Below, in pieces: positions 15,360 through 20,897 of a stretch of DNA of 20,897 nucleotides (its first letter is position 1; every line of letters begins with the position of its first letter). The stretch is from Armatimonadia bacterium (GTDB taxonomy: Bacteria > Armatimonadota > Zipacnadia > Zipacnadales > UBA11051). The DNA is taken from NCBI GenBank assembly GCA_039683575.1, contig JBDKRC010000268.1, positions 1 through 20,897 on the forward strand. The letters run 5' to 3'. Below the pieces are notes generated by a model. It was not told where the DNA came from and did no database searches. It was given only the letters and a program-made list of their open reading frames with translations. The position numbers were made by a program, and so were the translations under genes.

Positions 15360-17714
15360 CTATTTGACTATCTCGAACCGCACCGCGGGCAGTACCCCCG
15401 CCGCCACCCGCCACTTCTGCCCTGCCCGTCCCTGCGGCCCCCGCGGCTCCATCTCGAGTATGATCGCAATCAGCAGATTGTCCACATACCCCGGCTTCAG
15501 CGTCCCCGGCTTGACCTCCACCGTCACCGTCACCGTCGCCCCGGTCGCTGTGGGCGCAATGTCCTTGATGCTGAGCCCCTCCGGCGCGCCTTTCAGCTCA
15601 AGTCTGACGTTCGGCGGCAGCCCGCCACGCAGCGTCTTCAGTTCCACCTGTGCCACTCCGCCCGCCGGTACCTTCAGAGGCTCCGCCGGCGGCACGAGTT
15701 CCACGGGCGGTAACATTCGCAGTGGCTGCGTGACCAGTACCGCCAGTTCCTGGGAGGGCACGAGGTGTTGGTACGCAAACGCCTGCATCATGTCCTCGGT
15801 GGGCACCACCGGCCGCGTCACCACCGCGTCACCGCACTTTGCCTTGCCCTCCAGGCGTATCGCCACCGGCCCCCCCGCTGCCTGCGCAGGCGCTGCCAGG
15901 GCCATCCAGACATTGTCTCGACCCGGCGGGATCCGCCCACCGGTCAGGCTGAATCCGGCAGGAGCCCCCGCCAGACCGACCTCAACCTCACCCTCAAACC
16001 CCTCCTTGCGCAATACATGCACACAGAGCGGCACCAGTCGTCCCGCCGGGACCTGCAGGCTCGACGGCGTCATCCGCAGCGCGAAGTCTGGTCTCCGCCC
16101 GCTCAGGCGCAGGCGATACCCATACTCATCGCCCCCGTGCTGCTGCGTGTCCAGCACCTGCACCGTATAGGTGCCCTTCCTCGGCAGCCGCACCGTCACA
16201 TACGAGTCCGCGTGGTGGGTCATCAGTCCGCACGACGGGTCTTCGTAATCATCATTGAAGCCCAGCACCTGACCCGCCGCGTCGCTCACTCGCACCAGGG
16301 AATCCAGCGGCGACCCCACCCGCCGTGCTATCACCTCCGCCACAACCTCGTCCCCGGCGTTGCCCTCAAAGCGATAGAAATCAACGTCACCGGCCTTCAT
16401 GACCCGCCCGTTGATGGTTACCGGCAGCGTCACCTTCTGCGCCTTCGTGGCCTCATCGTTCGGCTCAACTTCCAGCGCCTCAGGCAGCGTATCCACCGCG
16501 TACTGCACCCGGTTGGACAGCCCCTGCGGCCACGCCCATGCTGTCTCGCGGATGCCCTCTCCCTCAGTACCCGACACCAGCGTTACACTGGACACCGGCA
16601 GATTCCAGCCCCAGAGCGCGACATTGAAAGGGGCCCCTGCCTTTCCACCCAGCGGGTAGATGCGCGTCACAAACGGCAACTCGCCCACGCTAAGCCGGTA
16701 TACAAAGTCCTCCCGACCGCGATAGATCGGATCCCGTATCTCCACCACATACTCGCCATCGGCCGGAGGATCGAACCGCAGCACCGGATCGGGGTTGAAG
16801 CGGTAGTCATCGGCGAAGGCCAGCTCTTTGCCCTGCGCGTCATAGACCGTCAGTGTCGCCTGGAACCAGCCGGGGACCGCGTCGGCCAGGTATGGTATCA
16901 GCGCCCGCGCCTGCGCCGCCATCACCAACTTCTGGCCCTTGCGCGCGCGGAACCGGAAACAGTCCGTGTCGCCCGGCCTGATCTGCCCGTTGAAGACCGC
17001 CGGGAGGTCCACCGCCTGAGCGGGACTGTCCAGCGCATTGGGCTCCTGCTCGGCCACCTCGGGCAGCCCGCTCACCTCGAACCGCACCGGGTTGCTCAGC
17101 CCCATCGGCGTCTGCACCCGCAACTCCCGCATCCCCAGAGGGGCCCCCGCAGCCACGATGACCTGCACTATGACCGTCTCAGCAATCTGCGCATTTGGTT
17201 GGACCTTGGGATCGTACAGCTTGAGCCGCAGGTCCTCAAGCTCCTTGAGGCTCTTCTTCTCCAGGCCTCGCAAGAGCGGGTGGTCGGGCAATTCCGGCAG
17301 TGGTTCCTTGTTGTCTGCCTTCTGTGGGTTCTGCGCGGGCCTGCCGGCAAGCTCATTCCAGCGCTGCCGCATCAGCACCCGTAGGTGCTCTCCCACATCC
17401 CGAAGCTGCTTCTTGTTCAGCGGCCGCACATACTCGACGACCTTCGTTTGCACACCTTCGCCAGACACGTGCACAGCCGACACGCCCTGCAGATTCTGCC
17501 CGCCAAGCTCCACCTGCGCGGTAGTCCCCTGCCGCGCCCCCGCCGGGTACACATACCCGCCATAGGGCAACCGCACCTGCGCCCAGGCCCCGGTAGCCAC
17601 CAAAGCCACGAGAACCGGTAGGAGCGCTCCCCTGAGCGCGACCGCATACGGCTGCCGCACAACCGCAGGCCGTCGCCGTTCCCCGTTCCCCATTCCCCAT
17701 TCCCGCCGTTTCAT
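15360..17714 (-). CDS. Secreted PPC (pre-peptidase C-terminal) domain protein of DUF1501/DUF1553 clusters
   Basis: ATG 17714 overlaps the TGA of the DUF1501 gene (TGATG). Signal ...LLPVLVALVATGAWA, then YVYPAGARQG. Two PPC repeats: EQEPNA...FNGQI..GDTDCFRF and EVEPND...INGRV..GDVDFYRF. No peptidase catalytic motifs seen. Confidence 0.85.
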   Translation of the reverse strand: MKRREWGMGNGERRRPAVVRQPYAVALRGALLPVLVALVATGAWAQVRLPYGGYVYPAGARQGTTAQVELGGQNLQGVSAVHVSGEGVQTKVVEYVRPLNKKQLRDVGEHLRVLMRQRWNELAGRPAQNPQKADNKEPLPELPDHPLLRGLEKKSLKELEDLRLKLYDPKVQPNAQIAETVIVQVIVAAGAPLGMRELRVQTPMGLSNPVRFEVSGLPEVAEQEPNALDSPAQAVDLPAVFNGQIRPGDTDCFRFRARKGQKLVMAAQARALIPYLADAVPGWFQATLTVYDAQGKELAFADDYRFNPDPVLRFDPPADGEYVVEIRDPIYRGREDFVYRLSVGELPFVTRIYPLGGKAGAPFNVALWGWNLPVSSVTLVSGTEGEGIRETAWAWPQGLSNRVQYAVDTLPEALEVEPNDEATKAQKVTLPVTINGRVMKAGDVDFYRFEGNAGDEVVAEVIARRVGSPLDSLVRVSDAAGQVLGFNDDYEDPSCGLMTHHADSYVTVRLPRKGTYTVQVLDTQQHGGDEYGYRLRLSGRRPDFALRMTPSSLQVPAGRLVPLCVHVLRKEGFEGEVEVGLAGAPAGFSLTGGRIPPGRDNVWMALAAPAQAAGGPVAIRLEGKAKCGDAVVTRPVVPTEDMMQAFAYQHLVPSQELAVLVTQPLRMLPPVELVPPAEPLKVPAGGVAQVELKTLRGGLPPNVRLELKGAPEGLSIKDIAPTATGATVTVTVEVKPGTLKPGYVDNLLIAIILEMEPRGPQGRAGQKWRVAAGVLPAVRFEIVK
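17676..17704 (-). repeat. Four-copy heptamer tandem repeat (GGAAYGG)4 and G-quadruplex motif
   Basis: Minus strand reads GGG-AAT-GGGG-AAT-GGGG-AAC-GGGG-AAC-GG, about 10 nt after ATG 17714. Confidence 0.85.
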
Positions 17715-19141
17715 CACATTATCTCCCGCAGCGGCCCGTCCGACTTGATCCCGCCCTCGCCCGCCGGCGGCAGAAGCTGGATGTCCATGCCCCGCGGGTT
17801 TGGCAGGGGGCTCGCAGGGTTAATGCCCATAAGCTCGTACATGCTGCCGATCAGGTCCTGCGGCGAGACCGGCCGCGAGGCCACATTCTCACCCTTGGCA
17901 TCTGAGGCGCCGACCACATGCCCGCCTTTGAACCCGCCACCACCGACGACATGACAGAAGCACTTGCCGTAGTGCGTCCTGCCACCGTTCCACGGCGCTT
18001 CCCACTGCACTTTCGGCGTGCGCCCGAACTCCCCGCCCCACCACACAATCGTGCTGTCCAGTAGCTTCCGCTCCGACAGGTCGGTCAGCAGCGCCGCCAT
18101 CCCCTTGTCCATCTCGGGGAGCTTCCGTCGCATGATCTCAAAATGCTGCTTGTGGGTATCCCACCCGCCATAGTTGATCGTCACATAGGGCACGCCACTC
18201 TCCACCAGCCGCCGCGCCATCAGGCAGGACTGCCCGAAGGTGTTGCGCCCGTAGCGGTCACGCATCTCCGCTGGCTCCTGGTTGAGATCGAACAGCTTCG
18301 CCCCATCTCCCAGAATCAGGTCGTAGGCCTTCTCCTCGGTCTTATCCAGCTTCTCAAACTGCGCGTTGCCGGGCATCACGGCCCCCAGGGCATCCAGCGA
18401 GTGCATCAATTCACGCCGCTGGCGCTGTCGCTCGTCAGTCATCCCGGCTGCGACCACGCCTTCAACCTCAAACCGTCGCGCATTGGGGTCGCCCCCGGTC
18501 GCAAACGGCTTGTACTTCGGACCCAGGAACCCCGCCTCGGAAAACCGCCCCTGCGGCCTCGTCAGCACGATATAAGGTGGGATCAGCCCCGTGTACCCGT
18601 GGTCATAGCCCTTCATCAAGGACACGACTGCCCCCGCGCAGGGATAGACCAGACTGCCACCCGGCATGCGGCCGGTCTGCACCATGTAAGCTGCCGTCTC
18701 ATGGCTGTTGATGCCATGGGTCATGCCGCGTAAAATCGAGTACTTGTCAGCCTGCTGCGCCAGCAGCGGCAGCAACTCGCCGATCTGAATACCGCTCACG
18801 TTGGTGGCAATGGGCTTGTTGAGTGGCCCAGTGTAGTCGGGCCCCGCATCCGGCTTGGGATCAAAGGTGTCCAACTGGCTCGGTCCGCCCCACATCCAGA
18901 TCTGGATGATCGCCTTGGCCCGCACCGGCAGCGCCGCCGCAGCCGCCGCGGCCCCGACCACCTTCCCCGCCGCAGCCTTGGCAGGCTGTGCCCAAAGCCC
19001 GTCGAACCGGCTGAGCCCCACTCCCGCAGCCCCCAGCAGCATCAGCCGCAGCGCAGTCCGCCGGCTCATCCCATAGGCGCCGCCAAGTGCCGACTGCTCC
19101 TCCCCTTCAACCCGCTTCATCTCAGCGTCATGTTCGTTCAT
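17714..19141 (-). CDS. DUF1501 domain-containing protein with Tat signal (alkaline-phosphatase/sulfatase-like fold)
   Basis: 475 aa with a GAGGGAG RBS. Twin-arginine SRRTALR plus h-region. Motifs AKAIIQIWMWGGPSQLDTFDPKP, YGRNTFGQSCLMARRLVESGV, GWDTH, GEFGRTP and GRTH. Confidence 0.93.
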   Translation of the reverse strand: MNEHDAEMKRVEGEEQSALGGAYGMSRRTALRLMLLGAAGVGLSRFDGLWAQPAKAAAGKVVGAAAAAAALPVRAKAIIQIWMWGGPSQLDTFDPKPDAGPDYTGPLNKPIATNVSGIQIGELLPLLAQQADKYSILRGMTHGINSHETAAYMVQTGRMPGGSLVYPCAGAVVSLMKGYDHGYTGLIPPYIVLTRPQGRFSEAGFLGPKYKPFATGGDPNARRFEVEGVVAAGMTDERQRQRRELMHSLDALGAVMPGNAQFEKLDKTEEKAYDLILGDGAKLFDLNQEPAEMRDRYGRNTFGQSCLMARRLVESGVPYVTINYGGWDTHKQHFEIMRRKLPEMDKGMAALLTDLSERKLLDSTIVWWGGEFGRTPKVQWEAPWNGGRTHYGKCFCHVVGGGGFKGGHVVGASDAKGENVASRPVSPQDLIGSMYELMGINPASPLPNPRGMDIQLLPPAGEGGIKSDGPLREIM

Positions 19142-19188
19142 GGGATCAACTCCCTCAGATCATCATCTGCCGCTGGCCTTCCCCCTCT

Positions 19189-19237
19189 GCTGTAGGGCGC
19201 AGCGAGGTCTGCGTCGCAGGGGGCTTGTACCCCGCCG
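19189..19237 (+). repeat. GTAG-type REP copy interrupted by a 20-nt insertion
   Basis: GCTGTAGGGC (19189-19198) + GCAGCGAGGTCTGCGTCGCA + GGGGGCTTGTACCCCGCCG (19219-19237). Removing the insert gives an exact copy of the REP at 19246-19274. Confidence 0.8.
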
Positions 19238-19245
19238 CCTCGTCC

Positions 19246-19328
19246 GCTGTAGGGCGGGGGCTTGTACCCCGCCGGCCGTTATCTACGATCGAGCGCCGAC
19301 GGCGGGGTACGAGCCCCCGCCCTACAGC
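19246..19328. repeat. GTAG-family REP doublet (REPIN): two inverted 29-bp REPs
   Basis: GCTGTAGGGCGGGGGCTTGTACCCCGCCG (19246-19274) and its reverse complement with one mismatch (19300-19328), 25-nt spacer. Each has a GTAG tetranucleotide followed by a GGCGGGG/CCCCGCC hairpin. The doublet abuts the stop codon at 19329. Confidence 0.9.
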
Positions 19329-20897
19329 CTAGTGCCGGTACAAAAACTCCTTCGAGTTCATCAACGCCCACGCCAGATCCTCAGCCCCCTGCTTCGTGTT
19401 CGCCGCTCCCTCAAAATGCTTCGCCGCCAAGGCCGCCTCTGCCGCACTCGGCGGCCTGGAAAGCACTCCGAGGTAGATCCACATGATCATGTCAGGGCGC
19501 TTCCCCTGCGTGACCTGCATGATCCGCGCGAGGAACTTGCTGCGCTCCATTTCTCTCTGAACGTCGGCGGAGTTCAGCAGGTACAGCCGCTGCGCGTCGG
19601 TCGGCTGGTTGTTGCGCTCCGACTCCAGCCCCGTGTCCCGAGGCGACCGCCCAAACATCTCCAGGAACCCGCTGGTAATGCTCCCGTCGGCCAGCGCAAT
19701 GCTCCGCTCCTCGTCGGGGATGTACGTGAAGGGCTCGGGGATCGGGCTCGAATAGCTCTCGCCCTGCCCGCAGATGGCCTCCAGCGCATCCGCCAGCACC
19801 TCCGCCTCCAGCCGCCGCACGGGGTACACCGCGAACAGCGTCTCCGCCTGCGGGCTCTTACTCCGTGCAATCGGCGACTGCTGGTACGTCCGCGAGTTCA
19901 CGATCAGCCGCATCAGATGCCGCAGGTCGTACTTCGAATCCACCAGCTCCTTCTGCAGATACGAGAGCAGCTCGGGGTTCACCGGAACGCTGTCGAACCG
20001 GATATCATCCGGCTCATGAATGATGCCCCGGCCCATGAACCACGACCACATCCGGTTGGCGATATTGCGCGCAAACCACTGGTTGCCCGGTGCGAGCAGC
20101 CAGTTGGCAAAGGCCTCACGCGGGTCTTGTCCCGCCGGGATCTTCACTTTCGTACCATCGGGTAGCACCGCCGCCAACGGCGTCGTTACCGTCGGGTTCA
20201 GGCACACGATCTCCTCTTTCCACTCCTTGGTGGACTTGTAGGTCAGCCGCGAGAAGAAAGCGGTGAAGTCCCCCCGCTTCGCTTCCGGCCACGTATCCAG
20301 CCGCGTCCCCATGAAGGTCAGGGCCACTGCCGCCGCGATGTTGCCCGGCTCCCGCCCTTGCACTGCCCGATAGAAATTCACCGGCGCGACCCGGAAGTTG
20401 CTGCCGCTGGACGTCAACAGCTCCCGCGCAAACTGGTCGTACGGCTTGTTGTCCCGCATCGCTTCCCAGATCCACCGGTGATACGCCTGCACCGCATTCG
20501 GCCACAGGTTGATCGGGAACTCGGCCTTGACCCGCAGCAAGTCGCCCCACTTCATCGCCCAGTAGTCGGCAAACTCCGGCCTCTGCATCAGCCGCTCCAC
20601 CAGCGCCGCCCGCTTGTCCGGGCTCTTGTCCTGCAGGAAATCCCGGGCTTCCACCGCCATCGGCAGCGTCCCGATGAGGTCGAAATATACCCTCCGCAGG
20701 AATACTTCGTCCGAGCACCGTGCCGCCGGCTCGATCCCCTTCTTGCGCAGCGTCGCCAACACCCGCTCATCAATCCCATTGGCCGGCGTGAAGGCCAACT
20801 CGCTCTCAAACGGCGCCACCGGCTGGGCCTGGCAAGCCAACGCATACAGCCCGGCTATGAGTGAGAGGATCAGGTACGGTTTGGTTCGTATGCACAT
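19329..20897 (-). CDS. DUF1549/DUF1553 (PSD1-type) domain-containing secreted protein
   Basis: 522 aa with signal peptide ...LILSLIAGLYALACQA. DUF1549 motifs FLRRVYFDLIGTLP, KRAALVERL, WGDLLR, NKPYDQFARELLT. DUF1553 motifs FARNIANRMWSWFMGRGII, NPELLSYL, RRLEAEVLADAL, WALMNSKEF. The ATG is at the window edge, so the RBS cannot be checked. Confidence 0.93.
   Translation of the reverse strand: MCIRTKPYLILSLIAGLYALACQAQPVAPFESELAFTPANGIDERVLATLRKKGIEPAARCSDEVFLRRVYFDLIGTLPMAVEARDFLQDKSPDKRAALVERLMQRPEFADYWAMKWGDLLRVKAEFPINLWPNAVQAYHRWIWEAMRDNKPYDQFARELLTSSGSNFRVAPVNFYRAVQGREPGNIAAAVALTFMGTRLDTWPEAKRGDFTAFFSRLTYKSTKEWKEEIVCLNPTVTTPLAAVLPDGTKVKIPAGQDPREAFANWLLAPGNQWFARNIANRMWSWFMGRGIIHEPDDIRFDSVPVNPELLSYLQKELVDSKYDLRHLMRLIVNSRTYQQSPIARSKSPQAETLFAVYPVRRLEAEVLADALEAICGQGESYSSPIPEPFTYIPDEERSIALADGSITSGFLEMFGRSPRDTGLESERNNQPTDAQRLYLLNSADVQREMERSKFLARIMQVTQGKRPDMIMWIYLGVLSRPPSAAEAALAAKHFEGAANTKQGAEDLAWALMNSKEFLYRH

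Noticed and set aside
15292..15414. Longer N-terminus for the RidA-like ORF (likewise starts 6390 and 14057)
   Set aside because: Downstream ATGs at 15291, 6342 and 14018 have better RBSs, avoid overlap and place signal peptides at the N-terminus.
15049..17384. 373-aa and 539-aa plus-strand ORFs
   Set aside because: Antisense to the well-supported PPC and RidA-like genes, with low-complexity R/H/P or S/T/P composition.
15360..17714. Calling the PPC protein a subtilase-type protease
   Set aside because: No subtilase catalytic motifs (DTG, HGT, GTSMA) are visible, only accessory PPC/Ig-like domains.
19219..19274. 19-bp direct repeats with an 18-nt spacer, resembling a mini CRISPR array
   Set aside because: Only two direct copies, the third is inverted, the GTAG-plus-hairpin layout fits REPs, and no cas genes are present.
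19140..20864. 341-aa and 168-aa plus-strand ORFs
   Set aside because: Antisense to the DUF1553 gene. The first reads through the REP cluster.

Overview
GC-rich bacterial DNA. Gene content suggests Armatimonadota or a PVC-type lineage, but this is inference only. One partial plus-strand gene at the left edge (C-terminus of a VirB11/CpaF-like ATPase) converges on ten minus-strand genes forming two blocks. Block A (14018 to 457) is a glycan-utilisation-like locus. It encodes a solute-binding protein fused to a MalF-type permease, a MalG-type permease with a ~390-aa extracytoplasmic insert carrying three GH42-like helical repeats, an exporter-fold ABC transporter with an N-terminal PH-like/Zn-ribbon extension plus a DUF1854 partner, a secreted GH123/DUF4091-like enzyme, and a 1196-aa secreted CBM4/9 + TIM-barrel protein with non-canonical active-site residues. 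Block B (20897 to 14254) is a DUF1549/DUF1553 - DUF1501 (Tat) - PPC-domain module followed by an FkbO/Hyg5 chorismatase-like RidA protein. Intergenic DNA holds a GTAG-type REP doublet plus an interrupted third REP, a second long palindrome, two hairpins with the same ACGGAGC/GCTCCGT stem bracketing the importer genes, and a recurring GCAGGA-N18/19-CAAAYT promoter-like motif. A G-quadruplex-forming heptamer repeat sits at the start of the PPC gene. No CRISPR array, tRNA, rRNA or transposase was seen. All family calls come from motif recognition by eye, not from database searches.
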